Assembly (NCBI RefSeq): GCF_006345805.1
Contig: NC_042997.1
Location: 75,268,001-75,332,000 of the forward strand
Reading direction: 5' to 3'
Length of the DNA stretch: 64,000 nt
Origin: Octopus sinensis
Lineage: Eukaryota
Shown here: piece by piece, positions 34,390 to 48,029 of the stretch
Layout: the number at the start of each line of letters is the position of its first letter
How positions within the stretch are numbered: the stretch's first letter is position 1
Notes under the pieces: generated by a model
The model's database searches: none
Told to the model about the DNA's origin: nothing
The model's input: the letters and a program-made list of their open reading frames with translations, nothing else
Position numbers and translations under genes: made by a program

Positions 34390-37300
34390 TGTCTGTGGAT
34401 GGTTTTTTTGTTGCTGTGCTATTTTACAAAATTAGTTTAAGCTTAAGTACCCTGTCACTACTCTACTTCAATCACCTTATTAACCCCTTTCTCTGCTAAA
34501 AGTATGCCAATGCCTCCTACACCATCACTGTTGCTCTCCCAGAAGAGTTTATACCTATGCCTTTTGCCAGTGAGGAGCCTGGTTGAAGCTCCTCTCCACT
34601 GAACTTCTTGGATGCAACATACATCAACACATCTTTCAAGTATCTCAACAATCCTACCAGACCTACCTTTCAATGTGCCTACATTGACAGTGCCATCTCT
34701 GAGGGAATGTAAGGGGAGACCAGAGGTAACATGGGGAGGGGGAACTGCAGCTATCAGTATTTAAAAAGAAGGTTGTAATGAGCAGTTGTCTTTGCATTTA
34801 ATGCACCATCATTTATGTTACACTTGCTACCTCCTCTGGACTTGGGTGCTATATTGGCATTAATATAGCAGTGTCAGTACAGATACAAGTCAATACATAT
34901 ATAGCTTAACTGATTAATTATTGTCACCACTATTGGTGGTGGGTGCTGTATACTGGCTTTAATACAAAGCAGTGTTAATACAAATGCTGGTAAATATGTT
35001 AGGTAAATAAATAGGATGAGAGTAGTTAATTTGCTATATATAGTTAGTGATTAAATAATTAAGCAATAAAACTGAGTACAGCATGTTTAGTTTTGTTTTC
35101 TTTAGGGTGGAGTAGCAAGCTAAGGCAATAATATGGGTGCCACTACTGTGAAAGGTTCTGGTACAAATGACAGATTTTTGGTATAAGTGGTGGGGGTGGG
35201 AAAGGGTAGGTGCATCATGGATAAGCAAACATTGTAGCAAGCATTAATGAAGATGTTGACAAGTCAGGAAGGAGATACAGACCAAGCAAAAATTGAATTA
35301 AATTGAATTTAAATAGCATTAATGAGTGGTAATTAAGCTTAGGCTAGTTTTGCAGAATTGCACAGCAACAACCATCTCTGCCTATTCCCCCAACTGGGTC
35401 TGCCAAATGAACAAAAGGACCGCTTTTATGATACTCTTTTGCAGGTCACTTAAAAGATAAATGACAGTGGCCTTATCATTGTGGCCGGAGATTTCAATAG
35501 ACATGTTGGGCAGCACCCAAGTGTCTTCCATTCGTTCCCAAAATAAGGAGGGAACAAGGCTGCTGGAGTCTTGTGATGTGAATGATCTACAACACTAACT
35601 TCAGAAAGTCAGCCAGTCACCTGATAATCAATAAATCCAGTGACAATGCAAGGCAGATTAACTGCATTCTCACCAGAAAACTGGATTCATGGTTGCTCAT
35701 AAATGCAGGTACTTCCTTGGTGAAGAATGCATCTCTCAGCATAGATTAGTCATTAGTGATTTCAAGCTACAGGCACAAAGAAGGAGGAAGAGTTACAGAC
35801 TTATAACATTAGAGGATAACTGGAAATTCTCATGACAACTTGTTGAGAGCTACAGAGTAAGTTTGTGGTTGGTGCAAAATCCTAACTAGGGTGACATCGA
35901 AGTAAAACAGTGTAAAACAAGTTCGGAAGAACTGGAAGGGTGGTGGTAGCAGGAAGCTATATCAAGCAGCTAGAAGGGAAGCTAGGAAATAGGTATACTT
36001 AGCCAGGGGTTTGAAGTGTTTTGGCTGTTGGAGAGAAGTGTGTTTGCATGGATGATGATTCACTTGTAATTAGTTTACAAAGAAAGGCTTGGAAGTATCA
36101 CTATGAAAGGCTACTAAATGTAGAGAACACATGGGAGAAGGAGAGTCTGTCTGCAGTAGATCTAACTGAGAAATCCAAATAGTAGCATGGTAGATAAAGC
36201 CATGAAGGATGTGAAGACCAAGAAAGCCTACTCTCCATCAAGAATCACCACTGAGATGCTTAAAATATCTGGCGATGTGGGTTATGGTCTTGTCACACAT
36301 ATAGTTAATCAGGTTGTATATGAAGGAGTCATACCCGATGTCTGGTGTAGCAGCATCATAATCAACTGCTACAAAGGTAAAGGTGACGCCTTAGACAAAT
36401 AATTACAGAGGTATCAAATTATTGGATCAGGTGATGAAAGTTGCAGAGAGTTAGTGGGAAGAGAGTTAGTCAAGATGAGATGCAGTTTGGTTTTTTGCCA
36501 GGGAGAAGCACCAGTGATGCCATATTTCTGGTAAGGCAGCTGCAGGAAAAATACCTAACCAAAGATAAACCTCTGTACTTGACTTTCATTGACATGGAGA
36601 AAGCCTTTGACAGGGACCCCTGATCCCTTATCTAGTGCTCACTTATCCCTTATCTGCTGCTCACTTAGCTGGTAAGAACTGTACAAGCCATGTACAGGAA
36701 TGCTGTCAGTAAATTGAAGGTTGGCAACAAGTATAGCAATGAATTCAGGGCACAAGTAGGGGTTTACCAAGGACCAGTCATCAGCCCCCTCTTGTTCATC
36801 ATAGTCCTCTAGGCAATGACACAGGAATTTAAGTCAGGCTGCCCCTGGGAGCTCCTCTATGCTGATGACCTTGTTCTTATAACTGAATCACTTGAGAAGA
36901 AATTTTAGGTGTGGAAGCAAGGTCTAGAATTGAAGAGCCTTTGAGTTAATTTAGCAAAAACCAAAGTCTTAGTAAAAAGGTAGGCAAATCCCTTTAAGCA
37001 GATGGCCCTGCTTGATATGTAGAAAAAGTGTAGGTACGAGGGGCGTTCAATAAGTAATGCTCCTGACCCACTTGCAGTTGTTTGATCTAGCTGAAATTTG
37101 GCATGTGCAATTATTTATATCTCTATAGATTAAGTGGCAAAAGCTCTGAACTAACTGTGGTTTCTGATTTACAGGTGTTTGAACTGAGTCAAGTGTGAAA
37201 TGGAGCCTGTTGAGTGTCGAGCAGTGATCAGGTTTTTGTATTTGAAAGGACGTACACCACGGGAGACTTTTGATGAAATGAAAGTAACTTATGGTGATGA

Positions 37301-38420
37301 TGCCCCATCATATGATCTTGTAAAACGCTGGCATCGTGAATTCAAACATGGTTGGAACTCTGTGGAAACAGCTTCTAGATCTGGTCCCCCCCCCTTCTGC
37401 CATTGATGAGGCATCTGTCCGTCAAGTTGAGGCTGCCATTTTGGAAGATCAACGCATAACTATTCGCCAAATAGCCCATGAGGTCAAGATTAGTACCGGG
37501 TCTGTGGAAACTATCATTCATGACCATTTGCATATGCAAAAGGTGTCTGCCAGATGGATTCCCAGGTTGCTCACACATTTCCAGAAGCAAGAATGTGTCG
37601 AGTGCTCGAGGATGAATTTGGAGATGTGCCAAAAAGATGAGTCAAAATTTTTCAAAAGACTGATTGCACAGGTTGAAACCTGGGTCCATCACTATGATCC
37701 AGAGACCAAAGCTCAGTCAGTGCAGTGGAAGCACCGTGACTCACCTCCTCCAAAGAAGGCAAGGGTGCAGCCCTCCACTGGCAAGGTCATGCTCACAGTC
37801 TTCTGGGACCAGGACGAAGTAGTGATGACAGATTTCCTGGCAAAGGGTACCACAATTACAAGAGCCTATTATGCTTCACTTTTGATGAAATTAAGAGAAG
37901 CTATCAAAATCAAGAGGCGAGGCAAGATCAGCAGTCATTCTCCTCCTGCAGGACAACGCTCCGGTCCACAACTCGCGTGTCGCCATATCAGAAGCACAGG
38001 CGTGCGGCTATGAACTCCTCCCCCACCCCCTACTCTCCTGACCTTGCACCCTCTGATTTTCCCCTCTTCCCAGCCATGAAGTTGTTTTTGAAAGGAAAGC
38101 ATTTCCCAGATGATGCAGCCTTGATTTCTGAAGTCAAGTCGTGGTTGGAGGACCAAGCTGGGGGTCTTCTACAAAAACGGTCTCCAGAGCTGCATCAAAT
38201 GATGGAAGAAATGCATAACTCTGGGTGGATCCTATGTAGAAAAAGACTAATAACTGTGCCAAGTTTCGTTGCTCTACTGCTATGGGAAGTGGGTCAGGGG
38301 CATTACTTATTGAACGCCCCTCGTAGAAACTCTATCAGATGTACCCAGTGCAAACTATGGCAACATCAGAGGTGCAGCGATATCAGAGGAAGGTTAACAA
38401 GGAAAACAGTCTTTGTGTGT
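34390..38420 (+). mobile_element. Old RTE LINE with inverted 5' part (34390-35325 on -), interrupted by a mariner
   Basis: Minus strand: GTLKGRSG..DVCCIQEVQWRG..GIGILL. Plus strand: ISAY.., FIDMEKAFD, LLYADDL. RTE sequence resumes at gaaactc after the mariner. Confidence 0.85.
37037..38323 (+). mobile_element. Full-length mariner (1287 bp), transposase frameshifted
   Basis: TIR cgaggggcgttcaataagtaatgc..cctgaccca at both ends; TA TSD at 37035-36 and 38324-25; ARWIPRLL, ETWVHHYDPETK, YSPDLAPSDF. Confidence 0.97.
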
Positions 38421-39619
38421 GGCATATATATCATCATCATCATCATTGTTTAACATCTTCTTTCCATGCTGGCAGTTTGACAGGAGTTGGTCAGGCAGAA
38501 ACCTGCACCAGACTGTTTTGGCATGATTTTTACAACTGGAAGCTCTTCCTAACACCAACCACCCAGTAGAATGGACTTAGTGCTTTTTACGTGACACAAG
38601 CACAGGCAAGGTCAGTTTAGGCAAGGTTTTTACAGCTGGATGCCCTTCCAAATGCCAACCACTTTACAGTGTGGACTGGATGCTTTTTAAGTAGCACCGG
38701 CACTGACAGAGTCACCAAGTAACCTGCAAGACAAAAATCTTTTGCATGATCGTATAAGGTTATAGTAAGACAGAAAGACAGAGAGACAGAAACAGGTTTC
38801 TTGCTGCAGAGGAGATACACGGTTACCCGGCCAGAGAGAGAGAGATATCAGGAATGAGGACAGAAATAGGTGTGCTGCCGCAAAAGAGGGACATGGTTAC
38901 CCAAAGCTGATACATGGTTACCCAGCCTGAGGGATGTGCAAGAGGAGGGAGAGTGAGAGATATCAGGATAGAGATGGTGGCAAAGTACTCGCAAGTGATA
39001 AGGATCAGAATATAAATGGGATGGTCATGTAAAGGCAGAGAGAGATATAGATGGTGGCAAAAGCCAGGGTGTACCCTTGAGGTTTGAAGGTCATAATATA
39101 AGTGGCAGGATATTGCCAAAGAAGCATGATTAGAGAGTGGGGAGGGGATGTGAGTGGTGAAAACTTGGGTATATAGAGTGAGGTAGGGGAGCTACTGGAT
39201 AGCTATGATACAGAGAAATAAGGCTTGGGGAGTGAGAGATAGGCATAGTGCAAGAAGGGTGAAATGTGAGGAAGAGATGTAGATTGGTCTGTTGGGGTTC
39301 GGTGTGTGAAAAGTTTTCTTGTTAGATGTTACACACAAGTTGGGGGCTAGTGGACAGCAGTGATACAATGAGACAGGGCCAAGAGGAGTTGGAAGTAAGC
39401 ATAGTGCATGAAGTGGAAATGTAAGGAAGTGAAGAGATATAGTTTGGTTTGTTGTAGAGTGTGTGAGAAGTTTGCTGTTATGTGTAGGTGGGACGCACAG
39501 TGCTTCTAAAACTTAGTTTCACTGACATGGGTGTCTTCTCAAGAACCTCATATCGCCAGACATCTCAGTGCATTGTCATTTCCTCCATGAGGCCCAACAT
39601 CCTCAGATTGTCCTTGCCA

Positions 39620-40205
39620 CTTTATCCCATCTGAATTGCTGGATGTGCAATGTCAGTGTGCATGTACGATAGTGTAAGCATCTTAAGAGAAGAGTTGGGC
39701 ATGAGAGGTATCAGATGTGTTGTGCAAGAGAGACAACTGTGCTGGTATGGTCATATGATGCATATGAATGAGGACAGTTATGTAAAGAAGTGCCATTCTC
39801 TGTGGAGGGAACCTGTGGAAGAGATAGACCCAGGAAGACATGGGACGAGGTGGTGAAGCATGACCTTTGAACTTTGAGCCTCACAGAGGTGATGACAAGT
39901 GACCAAGACCTTTGGTGATATGCTGTGCTTCAAAAGATTCATCAAACCAAGTGGAATCATAGCTATGGCCAATGCTGGTGTCACATAACTGGCACCCTTG
40001 TCAGTGGCACATAAAAAGCACACATTAAACACTTGGAGAGGTTGGCATTAAAAATAGCATCAAGCCATAGAAACCATGCCAAATCAGACTGGAACTTGAT
40101 GAAGCTATCTGGTTTACCAGTTCCAATAAAACTGTCTAACCCATGCTATCATTGAAAGCAGACACTAAATGAGGATAATGATGATGATGATGATGATGAT
40201 GATGA
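39620..40205 (+). mobile_element. Degenerate RTE 3' end with (GAT)n tail
   Basis: VVQERQLCWYGH; tail gatgatgat. Confidence 0.8.
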
Positions 40206-40439
40206 AAGATCAATATAATTGTGTTATATGAAATTTAATGGTTAAGTCTTTTTTTCTCTTTCTTTATATGATTTATTTTCCTTATAAGCCTAAGGCTTTA
40301 CTGTGTTTTAAGGGAACAGGAATGATGAGATGAGATATTTTTTCTTAAGAATATTAACAATATGTATATATAAAATAGCCTATAGAACAGGTAAAATGGT
40401 TTACATATATATATAAAGCATTGTAAATGAACCAGAAAC

Positions 40440-42243
40440 TGGTCTGTTGGAATTCTGTTTATGAGGTATCAAATTGTTGGATCAGGTGATGACGGTCAAC
40501 TAATTAGGGAGAGTTAGTTTAGATGAGATGCAGTTTGGGTATGTACCAGGGAGAAGCACCACTGATGTTATACTTCTGCTAAGACAGCTACAGGAGAAAT
40601 ACCTAGCCAAAGGTAAACCTCTGTACTTAACTTTCATTGACATGGAGAAAGCTTTTGACAAGGTCCGCCAATCCCTTATTTGGTGGTCAATACAGAAGCT
40701 AGGGATAGATGCGTGGTTACTGAGAACTGTACAAGCCATGTACAGGGATGCTATCAGTGAGATGAGGGTTGGCAACAAGTATAGTGAAGAATTCCGAGTA
40801 GGGGTAGGGATCTAGCATGGATCAGTCATCAGCCCCCTCTTGTTCATCATAGTCCTCTAGGCAATGATAGAGGAATTCAAGACAGGATGCCCCTGGGAGC
40901 TTCTCTTTGCTGATGACCTTGCTCTAATAGCTGAGTCACTAACAGAACTAGAAGAGAAGTTTCAGGTGTGGAAGCAAGGTCTAGAATCAAAGGGCCTTAG
41001 AGTGAATCTAACAAAAACCAAAGTCTTAGTAAGTAGGAAGGCAGACAAATCACAAAAATTTTCAGGTAGATGGCCCTGCTTGATATGTACAAAAGGCATA
41101 GGTAGAAAGTCCATAAGATGTACCCGGTGTAAGCTATGGACACATAAGAGGTGCAACAAAATGAAAGGAAGGCTTACTGGGATGATAGTTTTTGTGTGTG
41201 GCAGATACACAGGGGCAATAAACACTGAAAATGTGCAGAAAACAGCTTCCATCAGGTGCCAGGGGGGAAAATTAAAAGTAATTGATAGTTTCCATTACCT
41301 AGGTGACCAAGTCAGTAGCAGAGGTGGATGCTCTGAGAGCATGACTGCTAGAATAAGAATAACCTGGGCAAATTTCAGAGAGCTCCTACCACTGCTGATA
41401 ACAAAGGGCCTCTCACTCAGAGTGAAAGGTAGACTGTATGAGGCATGTGTGCGAACAGCTATGCTACATGGCAGTGAAACATGGGCTGTGACTGCTGAGG
41501 ACATACATAAGCTTGCAAAAAATGAAGCTAGCGTGCTCCGCTAGATGTGTAATGTCAGTGTGCATACACAACAGTGTGTAAGCACCCTGAGACAAAAGTT
41601 GGACATAAGAAGGATCAGATGTGGTGTGCAAGAGAGACGACTGCACTGGTATAGTCATGTGTTACATATGGATAAGGATATCTGTACAAAAATGTGGAGG
41701 GAACCTGTGGAAGAGGTAGACCCAGGAAGGCCTGTGATGAGGTGGTGAAGCATGACCATCGAATGTTGGACCTCATGAAGGCATTGACAAGTGACTGAGA
41801 CCTTTGGAGATATGCTGTGCATGAGAAGACCTGGCAAGCCAAGTGAGACCATAAGCCATGGCCTATGCCAGTGTCACATAACTGGCCCATTTAAGAGTAC
41901 CCTTCAATCATTGGGCAATATGCTGTGCTTGAGAAGACCTGTTAAGTGATGCCAGTACTGCCTGACTGGCACCCGTGCCGCTGGCATGTAAAAAGCACCA
42001 TATGAGCGTGGTCAATGCCAGTGCCACCTGACCGGTCCCATGCTGGGGGCATGTAAAAAGCACCATTCAAGCGTGGTCAATGCCAATGCCACCTGACTCA
42101 GAGTAGTTGGTGTTAGGAAGGGCATATAGCTGTACAAACCTTGTCAGATCAGATTGGAGCCGCCTAGTGCAGCCAGGGCTTGCCAGTCCTCAGTCAAACT
42201 GTCTCTCATGCCAACATAGAAAGCAGATGTTAAATGATGATGA
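40440..42243 (+). mobile_element. 5'-truncated RTE LINE
   Basis: FIDMEKAFDKV, LFADDL, WPCLICTKGIGRKSIRCTRCKLWTHKRC, 3' UTR units and tail. Confidence 0.92.
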
Positions 42244-42492
42244 TGCTCAAATATTTAATAACACTTTTAAGAAACATTTGCAAGTAAAAATTAAAAATGT
42301 AGCAATCTGAACAAGGTTTTACATTTGGTTCTCCACCAAAATATAATTTCTATTATGTAAAATATTTATATTGAGACCAACATGAAGTAGACATTAATTT
42401 GTTGCTAATGTTGATTGATAATGGTGAATGGTGGTGACATATTGATGATAACAGTAAGAATTTACTTATGGAATTTTTGTTTTAATTTCCAG

Positions 42493-42543
42493 GCATTCTC
42501 AAACTGGAGGCTGAACATATGTACATCCAAAGCACCTTGCAAG
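42493..42543 (+). CDS. CARMIL: CARMIL exon 3 equivalent (AFSNWRLNICTSKAPCK), PH domain
   Basis: tttaatttccag| 51 nt |gtaaga, phase 0-0. Aligns to human VLTSCRAFLVTARIPTK and fly VFTPVRVYLLSAKVPTK (recalled), same length. Confidence 0.8.
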
Positions 42544-43699
42544 GTAAGAAAATCTTTATTATCAAGAGTTCCAGACAATCTAATTTACATTTACATATTT
42601 TCTATCTTCATTCTCTTTTGTATCCATACCTAAGAAGTCAAAGTGTCTACTATCAGTATCACCTAGGTATTAAAGCATTTGTAATAAGAGCAAGCACTTA
42701 TGCCTCATGAAGTGTTGCTTGGGTTAGCAACATGTCTAAGAAAGCTAGTTAACAAAAATATATCTTAAAATAAACGAAAATTGATTGAGAAATTCTACAG
42801 GTTAACAAATGATGTTCTGGTGTTACTTAAAATGCCTCATTATCAGAGCCAGGGTATAAATGAATTGGAACAAATAAACTTAAATAGCTACAGCAAGGCT
42901 AAAGAACAAGAAAAAACTTGCAAAAGCATTTATTTTAGAATCTTGTATATTATTCTGTATTTAAAGTTCCATAATCATGTTTTCTTTCACATTTAAAATG
43001 AGTAACCTGAGGATAGGTGTGTGTGTAATAAATTGGAACTGGTTAGAGTAAGGATATTTACTAAATAGGTTCAGCAAATTGGTCTCAAAAGGGACAAGGC
43101 CCTTAACACATGAAAAAATTTCTGTGATTTAATATCAGTATGTTCAGTGGTTATTATAAAAAACTTGATATCAAACTAAGGCCCTCCATTGTAAGCATTT
43201 AACAACGTCTTCTATTTTTCCTGTGAGCATTCTCATATAAGCATCATTAGTTACTATATGAATGTTTTTGGCAGAGTACTCCATATGAAAAAAATTCATT
43301 GTGGTGCAGAATACTTGTATCGTAGAGCACTCAACAATATGGTCTAAACTTTGTCAAACTTAAGGAGAGTCTGTGATGGTCACTCCAGTATGGTAGCAAT
43401 AAACTAGCTAAAGATACACAACTGTTAAAAACTCTAATAGTAAGTTTATAATTTTGGACTAGACTAGAATTCCTCAGGTGCAGAAAATCCAAGTTTCACG
43501 ACAAACACACTATAAAGCGGGTTTCGTGAAGAGTAAATAATCCAAATAGTAAGAAGACGAAGTGTTGGCGAGGTGAGTGGTAATCGAAAGAGGGAGAGAG
43601 AGAGACAGAGTGAGGCTGAGAGAGAGACAGAGTGAGGCTGAGAGAGAGAGACAGAGTGAGGCTGAGAGAGAGAGAGGGGAAGTGGTCAAGCACGCATAT

Positions 43700-44600
43700 A
43701 TATGTATAAGAATGAAAGAAGTCTTACCCAACCTGGATTACAGCCTGCACATACTTCTTTTAGGTTATTTCAACCTACCTCATGTCAAATGTCCTGAGTG
43801 CCGCATTCTCTTAGGTATATCACTGCATGGCCTGAGGCATGCAGAATCTCTGCTTGTCCTTACTAACATGCTCTTTTCTAGCAAATAGTACTCCATGCAA
43901 CAAGGGGAAAAAATGTCCGAGACCTCTGTTTCACAAATGACACGACACCCATCCATAATGCTGGGCTGACACCAAAGTTTTTCTCAGACTATAACTTAAT
44001 AGAGCTAACAATGTATGGTCCGCAGAAGACTACAGTCATGCAGGCTACTAGAAGCACCCAACACCTCTCCTGCCTAACTTTCACAAAGCTGATGGGGAAA
44101 GATATCAAGAAAGAGGTCATGGAACATATCTGGTCTGCCAGTCTCTCTACAGAATACTTCAACATAATGTTCTAACACAATATGACAATCATGCTTGACA
44201 TCTGCTGTAAGTTTGCTCCAGAAAGAATGCCTAGCCATCAGGAAAATATAATGCCCAGGGATAGGAGGATTCTAATGAAACTATGAGCAAAAGTCTGAAA
44301 TCATCTAAGTGGGCCATGAAAGGATAACAAACAATCTTACCTCAAACAAACATTGCTCGAGATTGAAAATGAACTCAAACGCTCACATGAAAAGGAGAAG
44401 GCAACAAAGGAGGCCAAGGCTGTCAAAAATTTTAAGTCAAACCTTAAAGCCTTCCAGAGATATGCAACAGAATCTGCTTCTGTACGATATAAAATAGGGC
44501 CACTACTTGAAGAAAATGGCTCACCAACTACAGACCTCCAGAGGATCAGTGAAACACTGAATGTGCAATACAAGAGTGCTTTCACCATTCCACTGAGACA
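43700..44600 (+). mobile_element. Degenerate CR1-like LINE fragment (APE end to RT start)
   Basis: LLGYFNLP; LEIENELKRSHEKEKA..YKIGPLLEENG. Confidence 0.8.
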
Positions 44601-44609
44601 CTCTTTTTA

Positions 44610-44800
44610 CTTGTTTCAGTCATTTGACTGTGGCCATACTGGAGCACTGCTTTTAGTCAAGCAAATTGACCCCAGGACTTATATTTTGTAAACCTAGTAC
44701 TTATTCTGTCGGCCTCTTTTGCCAAACCACTAAGTTACGGGGACGTAAACACACTACCATCAGTTGTCAAGCAATGTTGGGGGGACAAACACAGACATAC
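44610..44800 (-). mobile_element. 3' half of the CR1-tailed SINE
   Basis: Homologous to 3070-3260. Confidence 0.75.
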
Positions 44801-44811
44801 ATACATATATA

Positions 44812-45681
44812 TCATATCTATAAAAGGGAGGATGTGTGTGCACGTGATTATAATTTATGCATGTCCACAAATTAGCACGCATGTTGCTCCAATTTTAGGA
44901 GGACATTTGTCAACATCCTATCTGGGTTTTGTCAACTTTTTTTTTTCCCCCCAGGCACCCGTGAGTAGCATAAATATCTATTTTCAGACATAGCTTTTAG
45001 CCATGAAAAATATCAGCCTTAGCTTTTTTGATGGTGTCTAACAAAAAAAACATGTAAGATAAAGAAAAGTGGAAGAAGGAGGCAGAGAGTTTCACGGGAA
45101 AGACAAAGTGAGAGAGGAAGAGAAGAGGAAGAGACAGATTAAATGACAACATTTTTGCCAGCGTCTAACAAAAAAAATAAGATAAAGAAAAGTCGAAGAA
45201 GGAGGCAGAAAGTTTCACAGGAAAGACAGAGTGAGAGAGCGAGAGACAGAGAGTGTAAGTTATGACGTTCATAAAAAATAAAATGTAAAATGTTTTGTTT
45301 TTTGTTTTTGAAAGACACTATAATTTTATAATCGTAGTATATATACTTTAGTGAAAATCGTGCGAGTGTTAATCTACAAATTTAACAACATTTTTTCCAT
45401 TCATTTCTATTTATGAACATGTATGCGTACACTAAACATGCAATAGGTGTAAGTACGTACATGTGTGTTCGTGTCTGTTGCCCATACATATTTATATTAT
45501 ATTGTATATATATAATATTATATATTATATTATATATATATAATATATATAAAATATAACTAATTTCAACGGATTTCGCCCAAATTTGACGTCTATATTA
45601 CTTAGTTTGGTTTGAAATAAAGAACTTGATTAGCTTAATAATAGTAATTTAATCCCGGGCAAGGCCGGGTTATACTACTAG
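44812..45681 (+). mobile_element. Non-autonomous Helitron-like element
   Basis: A|TC start, CCCGG-GCAAGG-CCGGG subterminal hairpin, CTAG|T end. Confidence 0.75.
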
Positions 45682-45689
45682 TATATATA

Positions 45690-48000
45690 TATTTATTTTT
45701 ATTTTATTTTATCTAGTTTCAGCTCACGAGCTGTGGCCATGCTGGGGCACTGCCATTTGGTGTTGCTACATGATTTTACTTCACGAATGCTTTTTAGCAA
45801 TTGACATTTTGCATGCTGATAGCATAAAGCTTGAAACTTTTCAGCATTGAACAGCATGCTTTTCTTTTCAGCCCACTTGTATATTTTGTCCAGCTCACAT
45901 TGCAGGTGCATAGTGTCTTCAGAGTTCTGTATTGCCTGTGAAACTTTTGTATCATCTGCATAACTTGTGATCATGGCTCTCTGCGTGGATGAGGGCATGT
46001 CTGAGAGGGCCATTATGAAGAGTAGTGGTCCCAAAACAGTGCCTTGCGGAACACCACTCACTATTTGCGTGTTAATGGAGGTGGCCCCATTGGCTACTAC
46101 CACCTGACTTCTATCCTTCAGAAAGTCATGAAGCCATTCTCCCAATTTTCCAACTATGCCAAGATCACGCAGTTTGTGACGTATCATTCCATGATCGACT
46201 TTATCAAAGGCCTTTGCAAAGTCGAGATATATCACTTCCACATTTGAGTGGTTGAGCAGTTGTTTCAGCACCCAGTCATAGTGTTATAGGAGCTGAGTTA
46301 GGCAGCTCCTTCCTGGTCGGAAACCATGTTGGGTGTCAGGCAGCAAGTCATTTTCTTCAAGGAAGGCAATTAGTTTCCTTCTGACTATTCGTTCCATGAC
46401 CTTGCTGATGTGTGAGGTCAGAGAGATAGGTCTGTAGTTCTTGGCCTCCGCTCTGCTACCTCCTTTATGAATAGGGCATATTTTACCTTCCTTCAGTCTT
46501 TTTGGAAGTTTGCCAGTTGCAAGGAAGCTCTGAAAGAGGAACTGCAGTGGTCTTGCTCGGACTCTCTTACATACTTTTAGAAGGATTGCTGGGAATCCAT
46601 CGGGGCCAGTAGCTGAGTTTGTTTTCATTTCATCAATAGCCTTTATTACATCGTCTTCCTTTATATTGATGTAATCAATCATCGTTGCCTCTGATTTTAT
46701 ATCTGCAGTGGTAAAGAAGTCAGTTGGATTGCTGACTTGAAAATGCTCTAGGGGTGGAGTGAAAATACTCTTGAATTGCTCATTTAGTATTTCACTTATC
46801 CTCATTGGATTTCCTGTGAGTGTGCCATCCTTTTCAAGGAGTGGCCCTATCCTACAGTGCACTGTAGCTGTTTCTTTGGCAAACTTGTAGAAAGCTCTGG
46901 GGTTAGATTTTATGTTGTCTATAGCTCAGGCTTCTTTGTCTGCTCTTTCTTTTTTATGGGAGAGTTGCAGACATTTTTCAATTTCCAACAGTTTTATTTT
47001 CAGGCGGGACTTTTCACTGCTTTCAATTTGTTTGTTTAGGCGATTTGAAACTTTTGTACGCCTTCTCATAAAAATTTTCCTCTCTCTGGGGATTTTGTTC
47101 TTGTGTACAGTGGCCTTTCTCTCTGGGACACATTTGTAGCATATGGTTTGCATTACAGACATGAATTGTTGAAGTTTCATGTCGATGTCTGGTGAGGAGA
47201 GACATTCAGGCCAGTTTTGTTTGAGGATCTCTTTCTCAATTTGTTTCCAGTTTGCCTTATTGAAGTTCAAGTTGGAAAGATTCTGAGAGTTTCTTGTAGA
47301 CTGCATGTCCATGCTTTCCTTTGGCCTGTACATGGTTAGCTCTACCATGTTGTGATCCGAGAGTAGCGTCGGTGTCACTTTCACATTATGGATGAGATCC
47401 ATATTATTTGTGAAGCAGAGATCCAGTATGTTACCTGCCCTGGTTGGTTGGAGTATTATTTGCTCCATGTACAGAGTGTTGATGAGGTTCAGGAGGGACC
47501 TCGCCTGTCCTCGTTCGCATCGTGTCATTCCTGGGAGAGAAAGACCTTCGGGCCATCTGACATTGGGCAGATTGAAGTCTCCCATAAGAAGTACACTTAT
47601 GTGTTGTTCTAATGTAACTAAAACTTCTATTTTTGTAAGGCAGTCTTCAAACTTGCCTACATGGATTGGAGCATCTGGAGGGTGATATGTAGCACAGATA
47701 ACTACACCAAGTTGTTTTATATGTACAATTAGTGTGTCACACACCAAATTTGAGTATGACAAAAGGACCTGGGCTGTGAGGTCCTCGCGGATGTACATAG
47801 CAACTCCTCCATGACTCCTTTCTTTTCTGTTGGTTTGTAATACAACATACTGTGGTATGTGTATTTCCGCATCTGCTATGTCTGGTTTCAGGTGTGTTTC
47901 CGTAAGTGCTACGCATAAGGCTTGATTGCATGCAACAAAGTCTCTCAAGAAAGGGATTTTTGTCCTGTTACTGAGTGTTAGCAGTCCTCTGATGTTAGTG
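45690..48000 (-). mobile_element. CR1-like LINE copy (APE-RT) with an internal deletion of about 0.7 kb near the 3' end
   Basis: Colinear with 8862-11860; the segment matching about 8950-9685 is missing; (ATAAA)n-like tail. Confidence 0.93.
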
Positions 48001-48029
48001 GCAGGCAGCAGGTTGCTTAGCCACATACC

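Noticed and set aside
42270-42310. KHLQVKIKNVAI as CARMIL exon 2
   Set aside because: Wrong phase after the AG, an in-frame stop and no donor.
42493-42543. Phase-1 reading GILKLEAEHMYIQSTLQ joined directly to exon 1
   Set aside because: It leads to a stop in exon 4; the phase-0 reading matches CARMIL.
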